The notes under the pieces are model-generated. The model saw only the letters and a program-made list of their open reading frames with translations. It was not told the DNA's origin and did no database searches. From positions 1-53,958 of the IMG/VR virus record IMGVR_UViG_3300037313_000066: a stretch of 53,958 nt of DNA; one strand, written 5' to 3'. This stretch comes from a virus. Lineage: Duplodnaviria; Caudoviricetes. A program made the position numbers and the translations under genes. This document shows positions 45,381-53,958 of this stretch, in pieces (position 1 is the stretch's first letter; the number at the start of each line of letters is the position of its first letter).

Positions 45381-46481
45381 TCAGTCGTCGACGACGGTGC
45401 CGGTGGCGGTGCCGGCGAGGTGCTTACCGGGAGCGGTGACAGCCGGAACGACCGAACCGAGGTCCGAGCCAGAAGCCGGGTAGGTCGACGCGCCGTCGAG
45501 CTGGAGCTTGATGCCACGCACGAAGTGGTCGTTCGTGGTCAGAACCTCGATCTTGTTGGCCGAGTTGTAGCCGACCAGGAGGTCCTTCACGTGGGTGTAG
45601 CCGTAGTAGGTGTTCACCAGCGAGCGGTCCGTGGTGTAGCGCAGGTCGTAGTCGGTCATCCAGCGCATGGACACGCCGTCGAGGCTGGAGGTCGCGGCCT
45701 GCTTGATGGAGGCCGGCGCAGCCGGGGCGGCGTTCAGGAACACGAAGCCGTTGCCCGCGAAGGCGTAGGCGGCGTCGGGGTCGATGGTCTGGTCGACGAC
45801 GAAGGTGAAGCCGAACTTCCGACCGAGGGACGCCTCCTGGAGGGCGCTCTCCGCGATCGCGTCACCGACGTTGGCGGCGTTGATGAGCTTCTCGTCGTCG
45901 AGCAGCACGGCCTCGAAGTTCGAGCCCACGACCATGTAGCGGTCGCCAGCCGGAACGTTGAGGGCGTTCAGCACACGCCGAGCCTCGATCAGCGCGCCGC
46001 GAAGGTTCGCAGCCGCGTCACCGATGACGACCTCATACGGAGCCGCCTCCAGCGCGTCGATCGCGCCACGGTTCAGACCACGGGCCAGAGCCTGCGCCTG
46101 CGGGGTGATGATGTCGGCCCAGCGCTGGAGGTCCATCTCAGCCTGCTCGTCAGTGAGGGCGACAGCCGAGTAGGCGTTGCCACCGAACGAGACCGGGATC
46201 TTGCGCTCGTTGTAAACATCGAACTCGATGGCCTGACGGACGCCAGGGGTCGAGGAGTTCGCGCTACCCGAGCGCCACTCGTACTCGCGGTAGGGCAGAA
46301 CCCCGCCGACCTTGACGGAGATGGTGTCGTTCTCGGAACCTCGGAAGTTGTCGATGCCCTCCTTCTGGAACAGACGGGGGACGATGAGCTCCTGCTCAAG
46401 CAGGCCGATGCCGGTGTCGACGATCTTCTGCGGCTTGACGACGCCGATCTCAGCGCCGACGTTGCCAGGGTTGGTAGCCAT
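45381..46481 (-). CDS. Major capsid protein
   Basis: 366 aa downstream of scaffold; P22-coat-like features. Confidence 0.9.
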   Translation of the reverse strand: MATNPGNVGAEIGVVKPQKIVDTGIGLLEQELIVPRLFQKEGIDNFRGSENDTISVKVGGVLPYREYEWRSGSANSSTPGVRQAIEFDVYNERKIPVSFGGNAYSAVALTDEQAEMDLQRWADIITPQAQALARGLNRGAIDALEAAPYEVVIGDAAANLRGALIEARRVLNALNVPAGDRYMVVGSNFEAVLLDDEKLINAANVGDAIAESALQEASLGRKFGFTFVVDQTIDPDAAYAFAGNGFVFLNAAPAAPASIKQAATSSLDGVSMRWMTDYDLRYTTDRSLVNTYYGYTHVKDLLVGYNSANKIEVLTTNDHFVRGIKLQLDGASTYPASGSDLGSVVPAVTAPGKHLAGTATGTVVDD

Positions 46482-46499
46482 GTAAGGGCTTCTCCTTAG

Positions 46500-46528
46500 A
46501 AATGAAGAAAGGCCCCCGAAGGGGCCTT
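46500..46528 (-). terminator. Terminator-like hairpin between scaffold and capsid genes
   Basis: AAGGCCCC-TTCG-GGGGCCTT then TCTTCATTT on - strand. Confidence 0.7.
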
Positions 46529-46551
46529 ACGTGTCGTGTGTGGGGGTTGGA

Positions 46552-47136
46552 TCAGCGGCGCTTTGAACCGCGTCCGTACTTCCGTGCCAGCTCGCGGGGG
46601 TCGCTGTCTGCGTCCTCATCGCGAACGCGGGGAGTGAGCCCACCTTCGAGGTGCTCGGGCTCGGCCTCCTCCGCAAAGTCGGAAGCGAGCTCCTTGGCGT
46701 CAGCCTCGATCTCCTCGCGGGTGGAACCCTGGAGACGCTTGGCGAGCTTCGCCGGGAGCTTGTACTTGAGGGCGATGTTCTCGATCAGAAGCTCGTGCTG
46801 GACCTTGGCCTTCTCGGCGTCCTCAGCCTCTCGCTGGGCCTGGAACTCAGCCAGCAGCGTGTCGACCTCTTCGAGGGTCTTGACGTTCTTCAGCTTCTCC
46901 TCGGCCTCCCGCAGCTTCGTGCGGTAGTTCGCGGCCTCGCTGTTCGCCTTGGTCAGCTTCTCGCGTGCCCAGTCGGGCAGCTCGTCGCCAGCCTCGTTCT
47001 CCTCGGACTCGTTGCCCTCGGTGTTCTCCTCGCCCTCGGCGGGGTCGGTGTTGGCCGGCTTCTGCTCGGTCTCAGCGTTGGTGGTCTCCTCGGCGTTCTC
47101 AGCCGGGGTGGACTCGTTGGTGTTCTGATCGGTCAC
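46552..47136 (-). CDS. Scaffolding protein
   Basis: Acidic N-terminus; EAANYR; LQGSTREEIEADAK; GGLTP. Confidence 0.88.
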   Translation of the reverse strand: MTDQNTNESTPAENAEETTNAETEQKPANTDPAEGEENTEGNESEENEAGDELPDWAREKLTKANSEAANYRTKLREAEEKLKNVKTLEEVDTLLAEFQAQREAEDAEKAKVQHELLIENIALKYKLPAKLAKRLQGSTREEIEADAKELASDFAEEAEPEHLEGGLTPRVRDEDADSDPRELARKYGRGSKRR

Positions 47137-47161
47137 TTGATCTCCTGGATCGGTTGCGCCA

Positions 47162-48238
47162 TTACGCCGCTGCCACCTGGGTCTTCTGCGACTTGGCTTG
47201 TCTGAAGTGACGCCTCCAAACCTTGAGGGCGTCCTTGCCGCCGAGGCCCTTGGTCACTTGGGGCCACAGCGCCGCGTACTCGCGGTTGAGTGCGAACTGC
47301 GCACTCTTGAGCTGCGCGGTGCTAAAGATCGGGATGCAGTAGCACTGGCAGTTGTCGTGGTAGAGGTCGAGGTCGCCAAAGGTGACGATGGAGCCATCGC
47401 TCTGTTCACCTGAGCCCTGGTTGCTCTTGTAGAGCGCCTTGCCATGGGGCGTCGGCACGAAGCCTCGTGAGATCAACATGGCGCACCAACCGCAGGGAGT
47501 GCCGGTCTTCGATGCGCGTACGAAGCCCAGAATCCCGCCGTCCGAGGACCCAACAGCGAAGAGGGGGCCTCTAGCCCCATTCATCGACTGGCGGGCCGCA
47601 GAAGCGGCTTGGCGGTTACCGGCCTCCGAGTGAGCCTGTGCCCTGTCCTTGTCGGACTGGTCGACAGAATCGGCCGGCTTGAGGTCGTTGATCTTCTTGT
47701 CGAGGTTGTAGGGGCCGAGGGTGTGGAGGCTCGCCTGGAGCTCCGTCTCTGCATCGGCCTCGATCTGATCCAGCTGGTCCTGAAGACCGGGGATCTCTTC
47801 GACAGGGATAGGCACCTTCGCCCAGTCAGGAACCTCGTGGTCGACCTTGACGGGTGCGACCGGCGTGGTGTCTGGCTGACCGGCGCTAAGGCTGGCCTCG
47901 AACTCCCGCTTCAGTTCAGGAAGCGAGATGAAGGGCGGGTTCTGCTGTCCCGGTAGACCGATGGTCTTCCCGGTGGCGAGAGCCCGCTGGTAGCGGTAGT
48001 AGGCGAGCGCGAGATCGCGGGCTCGGAGCCTGCGGTGCATCACGTACGCCACGGCAGCGGCCAGCCACTTCGCAGTGGCTTGGCTGCTGGCATTGTTAGG
48101 GAGGGGAGGAACGTCTGACCACAGCGAGAGGGTCTCTCTGACCGTCTGCGCTCCGATGGCGACGAGAGCCGCCTGATAGAGCGAGTCAGCGCGCTCCATC
48201 TCCGCGAGTTGTTCGGGATTCGGAGTCGTCTCGGCCAT
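47162..48238 (-). CDS. Capsid maturation protease / MuF-like minor head protein
   Basis: PCGWCAMLISRG...YHDNCQC. Confidence 0.8.
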   Translation of the reverse strand: MAETTPNPEQLAEMERADSLYQAALVAIGAQTVRETLSLWSDVPPLPNNASSQATAKWLAAAVAYVMHRRLRARDLALAYYRYQRALATGKTIGLPGQQNPPFISLPELKREFEASLSAGQPDTTPVAPVKVDHEVPDWAKVPIPVEEIPGLQDQLDQIEADAETELQASLHTLGPYNLDKKINDLKPADSVDQSDKDRAQAHSEAGNRQAASAARQSMNGARGPLFAVGSSDGGILGFVRASKTGTPCGWCAMLISRGFVPTPHGKALYKSNQGSGEQSDGSIVTFGDLDLYHDNCQCYCIPIFSTAQLKSAQFALNREYAALWPQVTKGLGGKDALKVWRRHFRQAKSQKTQVAAA

Positions 48239-48241
48239 GGG

Positions 48242-49705
48242 TTACCCCAGCTTCGGGTCGAGGTTGCCGATCGTGCGCGTGCTCGTCGCGGCAGCACCAG
48301 GAGCCGAGGCTCGGTGAAGCGCGTCGACCATCTGGCCGTCGAGGTTGTCCTCGTCCCGCAGCTCGTTCCAGTAGTCGATCTCGTTCTGAGTGACATCGGG
48401 AACGCGAGACCACAGACCACGCTTGGGGATCTGGAGGGACTCGGACAGCTTGCCGAGGGCGTCAGCCGACTGAGCGAGCGAGCGCTGCTCCATGTCGCGC
48501 CAGAGGACCTCGCCGGACTCGTCGGAGTACACCGACTCGTCGCCAGCAAGAGCGCCGGCCAGCCGGAAGACTCGCTCCCAGCTCTCACCGAAGGACTTGC
48601 GGAAGGACTCGACCATGCGGCTCAGCGAGGTCTCCGCAGCCTGGAGGGCTTCAGCAGAGAGGTTCGCGATCTGGCCGAGGAGGTGGTGCGGGGGAACCTG
48701 CGCGATGGCAGAGAGGTGCTTGACGCTCATCTCGATCGAGGAGATGAACCCGTCGAGTGGGGTCTCGTCGAGCGAGCCGAACTTCACGTTGTCGTCCTCA
48801 GCGAAGAGGAACCGGCGAGCGTTGTGGTCGATGTTGACGGGCCGCTCGATCATGCCCTCGACAGCGCCGGGGGTGCCCTGCGGAACGGGGTTGCCGTCCA
48901 GGTCGACCCAGCCCGGTACGAGCTCCATCGGGGGAGCCATGCCGGTGACCCAGCGGACCTTGAACGAGCCGTAGGTCTGGGCGACCAGCAGGTCGAAGAC
49001 CGTCTGGTTGATCCGGTTCTGGATCGGGATGAGCGGCTCGATCACACCGAGCGTGCGACCCTCAAGGTCGACCTGCGCTGCGAACCGGGTGACAGGGCAC
49101 TCGGGAGCGCCGTGGCTCTTCTGGTTGAGCACCTGGATCTTCTGATCCTTGAGCATCCCCTCGAAGGTGATCTGGTACTCGCGCTTGCCGTCCCAGACGC
49201 GGGCCTTGCCCTTCGTCTTGCCGCTCGGCATGGACAGGATGTGCAGCGCGGCGTAGGGGTCGTAGTCGTTGGCCGCGTCCTCGTACAGCGCAGCCGTGCG
49301 AAGCGGGGAGAGACCCTTGGTGCGGATCTTCCCGCTCTTCAGCTTCTCGGTCAGCGTGAACGAGTGGCCGTAGGCGAGAGCGCCACGGTGGACGGCCTGC
49401 TGTCGGGCGTCGAGGCGGCTCTCCTGCCAGTGCTCCCACTCGGGGGACTTGGCCGCGTCAGCAGCGGTGGAGCGACTGGGGCGGAACGAGTCGACGTACA
49501 GGGCCTGCGCCGGCGTACCGACGAGCAGGGGCATCCAGTTCGAGATCGCCCGCGTTGCCAGCAGGCGGTACTCGCCGTCAGCGTTCTGGGGCATGTACGG
49601 GTCGTCGTGCCTACCGTGCAGGTAGTCGTCGATTCGGATGAGCCGCTCGTGGTCGTTGTTGATGATGGCGAGCATCTCGGCGGCAAGTGTCACGATGGAA
49701 GGCAT
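48242..49705 (-). CDS. Portal protein
   Basis: NWMPLLV; QVPPHHLLG...NLSAEAL; synteny. Confidence 0.93.
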   Translation of the reverse strand: MPSIVTLAAEMLAIINNDHERLIRIDDYLHGRHDDPYMPQNADGEYRLLATRAISNWMPLLVGTPAQALYVDSFRPSRSTAADAAKSPEWEHWQESRLDARQQAVHRGALAYGHSFTLTEKLKSGKIRTKGLSPLRTAALYEDAANDYDPYAALHILSMPSGKTKGKARVWDGKREYQITFEGMLKDQKIQVLNQKSHGAPECPVTRFAAQVDLEGRTLGVIEPLIPIQNRINQTVFDLLVAQTYGSFKVRWVTGMAPPMELVPGWVDLDGNPVPQGTPGAVEGMIERPVNIDHNARRFLFAEDDNVKFGSLDETPLDGFISSIEMSVKHLSAIAQVPPHHLLGQIANLSAEALQAAETSLSRMVESFRKSFGESWERVFRLAGALAGDESVYSDESGEVLWRDMEQRSLAQSADALGKLSESLQIPKRGLWSRVPDVTQNEIDYWNELRDEDNLDGQMVDALHRASAPGAAATSTRTIGNLDPKLG

Positions 49706-49720
49706 CTACAGTGCACACTC

Positions 49721-51436
49721 CTACAGGAAGTAACCACGACCAGTGCGCTTCTTCTCGGGCTTAGCCGAGGTGCGCAGATCGTGTAGGGCTTCATGGGCGA
49801 GCATCAGAGCCGCGTAGGCGTCCACCTTGCGGGGAGACTCTCGGCTCTCCTTGCCGAAACTGATGCCGTAGTTGTTGACGCGCCGCCGTGCGTTGAGCAC
49901 GTGGCGTCGAAGGTCTGCATCTCCGTCGTGCCGGATCATGCCGTCGAAGACGGCCTGCATCAGACGCTCGTGAGCTCGGGTGACGCGCTGGTCGGAGGAC
50001 CGCATGTCCCACGCGATCGCGTGCTGGCCGGATGCCTTGACCGTGAGGGTCTCGCGGTAGGTCGCAGCCCAGTTGTCGATGTAGGACTCCCAGAGCGCCA
50101 CGTCGGCATAGAAGCCCTTGACCTTGTACTGGCGGAAGGCGTCGTGCACCGCAGAGTCGACGATCTCTGTGTTGACCTGCCACTTCGGAGCGTCCTGGCC
50201 GGTGGGCCAGTTGTCCGGCTTCTCCTCGATCATCAGCAGGAACGCGCACATGTCGCGCACCCGCAGGGCCACGAGGGCTGTGGCGTCGTCGGTCCGACCA
50301 CCATCGAAGCCGAGCACGATCTCGTCACCCGGCATCAGCATGGCGTCCACGTCTTCGAGGGGGAGCCAGTGCTCGGGGCCGTAGATCGCGTCCTCTTCAG
50401 CGACGATCTGGTTGAGGTACATCCGGCGAGAGCGAGACGCAGCGATCTGGGTGTTGAGGACCGAGAGGATGATGTCCTCGATGTCCAGCCAGACGGCATC
50501 GCCACGGATCTTCGGGAGCACGATCCGTAGGGCGTCGGGGGTCAGCGGCGTGAGCGGGTGGGCCTCGATGCTGTCGTAGAGCATCTTGATGTCGAGGGCG
50601 CGTCCATCCTGAACCTTCTGCCAGGACTCGCGCATTCGCTCCGCAACGCTGTCCTCGCCAGGGAGGTAGGCGTTGGTGATCGCGAGGTAGCGCGACTTCA
50701 TCTTGGTCGCGTTACCGTCGATGGTCTCGGCCATCTTGTGGCCGTCGTTGCCAAGGACCCAGTGGTGGGTCTCGTTCAGCAGCGTGAAGGTGGTCCGCTT
50801 ACCCTCGATCGCTCGGTACGAGCTGGTGACCGCCTGGAGGCGCTTCTTGCCACCATCGGCGCGGATCAGCTCAGCACCCGGCTTGATGCCGAAGTTGGCG
50901 ATCATCGCGTCCGACATGAGGATCGGGAACATCGACATGGTGTTCGTGGTCTGCTCTTGCGAGACAGCCGTGATCTGAACCCATGCCTGCGGGTGGGCCT
51001 CGCCCTTGGGCTGCCGGCTGTGGCCGGAAGGCGCACCTTCGAGGGTCTGGTACTCCATGCCGTACGGGGTCATCTTCGGGCGGCTGGGGCCGACGAACTC
51101 GACGAGCGAGATCACGGCGAGGAGCGGGTCCTTACCCCAGCCCTTCATCCGTTGGAGGACTCCAGTGCGGTAGACGAAGCGACCGTTCTCGTCGAGGGCG
51201 TACCACCAGAGCACGAAGCGGAGCTGCTCGGGCGTGAAGCGCCAGGGCTTCCCGTCCATGCCGTTCATCCACTTCGAGCACCACACGGCGATCTCCCAGC
51301 CGAGCGTGCGCTCGGGGAGGTGCCACTTGCCGAACTCGTTCTTCTGCCACGTGGGGCCGAGGAAGATGTGCTCCAGGGCCTCGATCTCCTCGATCGTGAG
51401 GCCCTTGGGCTTGACGTACGCAGTAATGGCAGCCAC
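49721..51436 (-). CDS. Terminase large subunit
   Basis: QRMKGWGKDP, LNETHHW, GFDGGRTDD, KVDAYAA. Confidence 0.95.
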   Translation of the reverse strand: MAAITAYVKPKGLTIEEIEALEHIFLGPTWQKNEFGKWHLPERTLGWEIAVWCSKWMNGMDGKPWRFTPEQLRFVLWWYALDENGRFVYRTGVLQRMKGWGKDPLLAVISLVEFVGPSRPKMTPYGMEYQTLEGAPSGHSRQPKGEAHPQAWVQITAVSQEQTTNTMSMFPILMSDAMIANFGIKPGAELIRADGGKKRLQAVTSSYRAIEGKRTTFTLLNETHHWVLGNDGHKMAETIDGNATKMKSRYLAITNAYLPGEDSVAERMRESWQKVQDGRALDIKMLYDSIEAHPLTPLTPDALRIVLPKIRGDAVWLDIEDIILSVLNTQIAASRSRRMYLNQIVAEEDAIYGPEHWLPLEDVDAMLMPGDEIVLGFDGGRTDDATALVALRVRDMCAFLLMIEEKPDNWPTGQDAPKWQVNTEIVDSAVHDAFRQYKVKGFYADVALWESYIDNWAATYRETLTVKASGQHAIAWDMRSSDQRVTRAHERLMQAVFDGMIRHDGDADLRRHVLNARRRVNNYGISFGKESRESPRKVDAYAALMLAHEALHDLRTSAKPEKKRTGRGYFL

Positions 51437-51450
51437 CTCCTTGGTGACCG

Positions 51451-51924
51451 TCAGGCGTCGTCCTCGATGCCGAGAGCGTCGGAGTAGTCAGCGAGGACGA
51501 GCACTGCTGCGTCTTCATCGCTGGTGTCGGGTGCGGTGAGCTCGATGCGAGCACGGCGACGATCGCCCTCGGTCACGAGAAGGCGCTCCATCGCGGAGTA
51601 GATGGTCTGGAGCATCTGCCCAGACCGCTTGCCGTAGTTGATCTCCCCGGTCTCGGGGTCGACCTTGTACGGCTCCTTGTAGCGGGTGAGGTCTTCCATC
51701 AGGGAGTAGGCGAAGGCCCAGTCGCTCTGCTGGTAGAAGTCGGCTTGACCCGAGGCCATCAGCCCTTCCCACAGCATGTGGGCGATGGGGTGCCAGTCGG
51801 GGTCGGCCTCGGGGATCGTTACGTCGCGGAGCTCGCCGCGAGTGATCTCGGGTCGGTCGCTGCCCTTGCGCTCGCGGGGGCGAGCGAGGTCCTCAGACCT
51901 GTTCGGAACAGGGCCTCTAGCCAT
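51451..51924 (-). CDS. Terminase small subunit
   Basis: GPVPNRS...WHPIA...SDWA...LLVTEGDRRR, L5-like. Confidence 0.82.
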   Translation of the reverse strand: MARGPVPNRSEDLARPRERKGSDRPEITRGELRDVTIPEADPDWHPIAHMLWEGLMASGQADFYQQSDWAFAYSLMEDLTRYKEPYKVDPETGEINYGKRSGQMLQTIYSAMERLLVTEGDRRRARIELTAPDTSDEDAAVLVLADYSDALGIEDDA

Positions 51925-52597
51925 GCTTGCCTCCGGGTCGAATCGGAACGCTCACGGCGTCGTGGTCGGCGTTCTGCGGGTGTGGCGTGGGGTTCCCATG
52001 TCCGGCGTTCTGGCTGACCCCGACGTAGAGGAGGCCGCGAGAGCTGATGCGGTACAGACCGGGCCATGTGGTGAGGCCGGGGTGGTTGATGTCGCCCACC
52101 ATGACCACGAGGTCGCAGCGGCTCGACAGGTACGCGATGCGGTCCTGGATCTTCCGGTAGTGCTGTCGCCAGCGGCGGCGGATGAGCCACGCGACGGGAC
52201 GCTGGGCACCTCGGGGCCTCCAGCCACCGGGGTGCATATGCACGGCGATCACTCCGACCCTGAGACCGTCGTTCCGCAGGAGGATGGTCCAGGTGGTGTG
52301 GCGGTCAGGAGCGATGCGGCGGATGCCCTTGGCCCCGAACTCGACCCCACCGGAGACGCGCACGAAGTCGTCGGTCCACACGATCGGACAGTCGGATGCG
52401 GCGAGGCCGGCGCGGTTCTTGCCGAAGACCTCGCGGGCGATCTGCTTGATCGGCTCGTGACTGACTTCCGTGAAGCCTGCGATGCCAGACTCGCCCATAA
52501 GCTCCTTGATCTGCGTGGCATCCTCCTGGAACTTGTCCTCGGAGATCTGCGGGCGCGACATCGAGGGCGCGGCGACAAGGGTGAAGGCGTTGGTCAT
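51917..52597 (-). CDS. Endonuclease/exonuclease/phosphatase (EEP, DNase I-like) family protein
   Basis: GFTEV, IAVHM, VMVGDIN, ADHDAV; RBS AAGGAAG. Confidence 0.78.
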   Translation of the reverse strand: MTNAFTLVAAPSMSRPQISEDKFQEDATQIKELMGESGIAGFTEVSHEPIKQIAREVFGKNRAGLAASDCPIVWTDDFVRVSGGVEFGAKGIRRIAPDRHTTWTILLRNDGLRVGVIAVHMHPGGWRPRGAQRPVAWLIRRRWRQHYRKIQDRIAYLSSRCDLVVMVGDINHPGLTTWPGLYRISSRGLLYVGVSQNAGHGNPTPHPQNADHDAVSVPIRPGGKHG

Positions 52598-52621
52598 CAG
52601 GACTTCCTTTCAGAAACGACA

Positions 52622-52829
52622 AAGAAGCCCCGAGGAGCACCAGCGGGGAGAGGGGTCACTGTGCTCGACTCGGGGCAATGGGGGAGTTATCGGGTAGCGC
52701 GATATCTCAACCCCTGGCATAAACCCGAGACACGAGGAAACGGGTGGGTAAGACAAACACCGCCAGTTCCTGAGAACGGCGGTGAACTAGAAAGCTGGTC
52801 AGGGCTACCCACGAATATGGACCCCGACC
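52622..52829 (-). ncRNA. Structured RNA / leader downstream of tRNA-Asn (pseudoknot plus hairpins)
   Basis: Two stacked 8-bp pseudoknot stems with G-U pairs valid only on the - strand; terminal hairpin with U-rich tail. Confidence 0.5.
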
Positions 52830-52832
52830 GCG

Positions 52833-52905
52833 CTCCTGCGGGAGGACTCGAACCTCCGACAAAGGGATTAACAATCCCCTGCTCTACCGACTGAGCTACG
52901 CAGGA
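52833..52905 (-). tRNA. tRNA-Asn (GTT), CCA not encoded
   Basis: TCCTGCG acceptor, GCTC-AGTCGGTA-GAGC D arm, GGGGA-TTGTTAA-TCCCT anticodon arm, GGAGG-TTCGAGT-CCTCC T arm, G discriminator. Confidence 0.95.
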
Positions 52906-52909
52906 ATGG

Positions 52910-53224
52910 CTAGTGGATTAGGCCGGGGTGGTCCTCGACCCGCACGAACTTCTTGGCCGCTGCCTTCTTCTTCGCCCACACGGCGGTGCCGCCCTCGCCA
53001 GCGCTCTTGCGAGCGTGGTGCATGGGGCAGAGAGCCTGGAGGTTCTCCAGCCGGTGGTCGTCGCCTGCAACCTTGTGGTCGCAGTCGGTAGCGGTGTCCA
53101 AGCAGAGCGACCCATCAGGGAGTCGCCACTGGCACTGGTACCTGTCCCGCTTCATCACCTTCCGGCGACGTACGGGCCAATCGTCGGGGAGGCGATCTCG
53201 TCTGGTTGAGTTGGCCCACGACAC
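52910..53224 (-). CDS. HNH endonuclease (packaging-associated)
   Basis: RDRYQCQ...C...DCDH...NLQALCPMHHARKS. Confidence 0.9.
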   Translation of the reverse strand: MSWANSTRRDRLPDDWPVRRRKVMKRDRYQCQWRLPDGSLCLDTATDCDHKVAGDDHRLENLQALCPMHHARKSAGEGGTAVWAKKKAAAKKFVRVEDHPGLIH

Positions 53225-53277
53225 GGATGGACACCTCCCCGAACTGTGTGATCCCCGAGACATGCGAAGATGACCCC

Positions 53278-53433
53278 ATGACTCTCGGTCTCTTCATGTT
53301 CCTGGCCGGCGACATTGCGCTCATCGCGATCTCCTGGCGGATGCGTACCCTCGTACAGGAGGCGAAGGTCCAGACCGAAGTCTTGGGCCTCATCGCGGAG
53401 CAGCTCGGCGTTCAGGCGTCTCAGGACGTTTAG
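53278..53433 (+). CDS. Possible small membrane protein
   Basis: MTLGLFMFLAGDIALIAISW TM segment; weak RBS. Confidence 0.4.
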   Translation: MTLGLFMFLAGDIALIAISWRMRTLVQEAKVQTEVLGLIAEQLGVQASQDV

Positions 53434-53958
53434 GCCCCCGACCACGTATCGGGTCGCTGACGCGACCCTGCGGGACGCCTACGGCGACCCATGGACCCAG
53501 GGGCAAGCTCTCTAACGGCCTTAGGTCTAAGACCTAAGGTCTAAGGCTGAAGGTTCTAGTTCTTATCTCTTGTTCTTCCCCAAGAAGATCTCAGTCGCTA
53601 ACGCTCCTTCGATCTTCTCTCCCCTTCACTGTTAGATCCTTACATCTATACAGTCGGTCGGAGAGGGCTGTTTGGCAACATCGCCTTTGAAACTTTCTTC
53701 AGAAACTTTCCAGCGGAGGAGAAGGTGCAGGTCAGAGGGGATGACCGCCAGTTCGAGAGGGGCGCTCCGCGCCCCGATCGAGGCGGTGCATCCGACCTGA
53801 GGGCTCGTGTAGGCCGATCAGCGGAGCGTGTAGCGGGACAGGCTTCGCACGCCCCGTGCACCGCCTGCTGGGGGCCAGGAACCCCCGAATCACGCTGTGT
53901 AGAGGGCTGCCACGAGCGATTAGAACGACTTGGAAACCGTGGCAGAATCTTTGCTGCT

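Larger units (their letters stand above)
267..49717. repeat. Dispersed 14-bp asymmetric operator/stoperator-like motif, consensus TGTG(A/C/T)AC(T/C/A)GTAGA(C/T/G)
   Basis: Copies read by eye on + at 267, 1623, 1780, 2284, 3921, 6052, 7521, 8519, 9510, 11970, 31134, 31851 and on - at 352, 487, 3902, 8501, 23311, 27017, 28857, 29753, 37998, 42992, 49704. Mostly at gene junctions or promoters, as for L5 stoperators. Confidence 0.88.

Noticed and set aside
267-49717. CRISPR array from the repeated 14-mer
   Set aside because: Copies are dispersed, short and degenerate, without regular spacers; the Cas4-like nuclease is a common phage exonuclease
52700-52829. Theta/HDV-like ribozyme call
   Set aside because: No P3/L3 between P2 and the 3' strand of P1, so the topology does not match; left as an unknown pseudoknot

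Overview
The window appears to be an essentially complete ~54 kb temperate actinobacteriophage genome (siphovirus, L5/cluster A- or Streptomyces R4/BD-like architecture), shown reverse to the conventional orientation. An intact attP next to the serine integrase points to the free (non-integrated) form. Layout: (1) 1-16.9 kb, + strand, an early/accessory arm with promoters, a ~500-nt highly structured non-coding RNA candidate, many small acidic ORFs, a C5 DNA methyltransferase, DUF3310, an AAA ATPase, an SPFH protein, an RNA ligase and a PNKP; (2) 16.9-31.8 kb, - strand, serine integrase, thyX, nrdJ, sigma-like HTH, exonucleases, MazG-like, split primase, RuvC, helicase, SSB and immunity repressor, with no recognisable DNA polymerase; (3) 32.2-53.2 kb, - strand, lysis, tail, head and packaging genes, an EEP-family enzyme, tRNA-Asn and an HNH endonuclease. 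About 23 copies of a 14-bp asymmetric motif (TGTGHACHGTAGAB) form a stoperator-like network. The most novel-looking signals are RNA-level: the large structured RNA at about 530-1030, a 56-nt tRNA-top-half mimic at 3809-3864, and a pseudoknotted RNA directly behind tRNA-Asn, all in a phage that encodes its own RNA-repair enzymes. All calls come from motif reading by eye; no database searches or folding programs were run.
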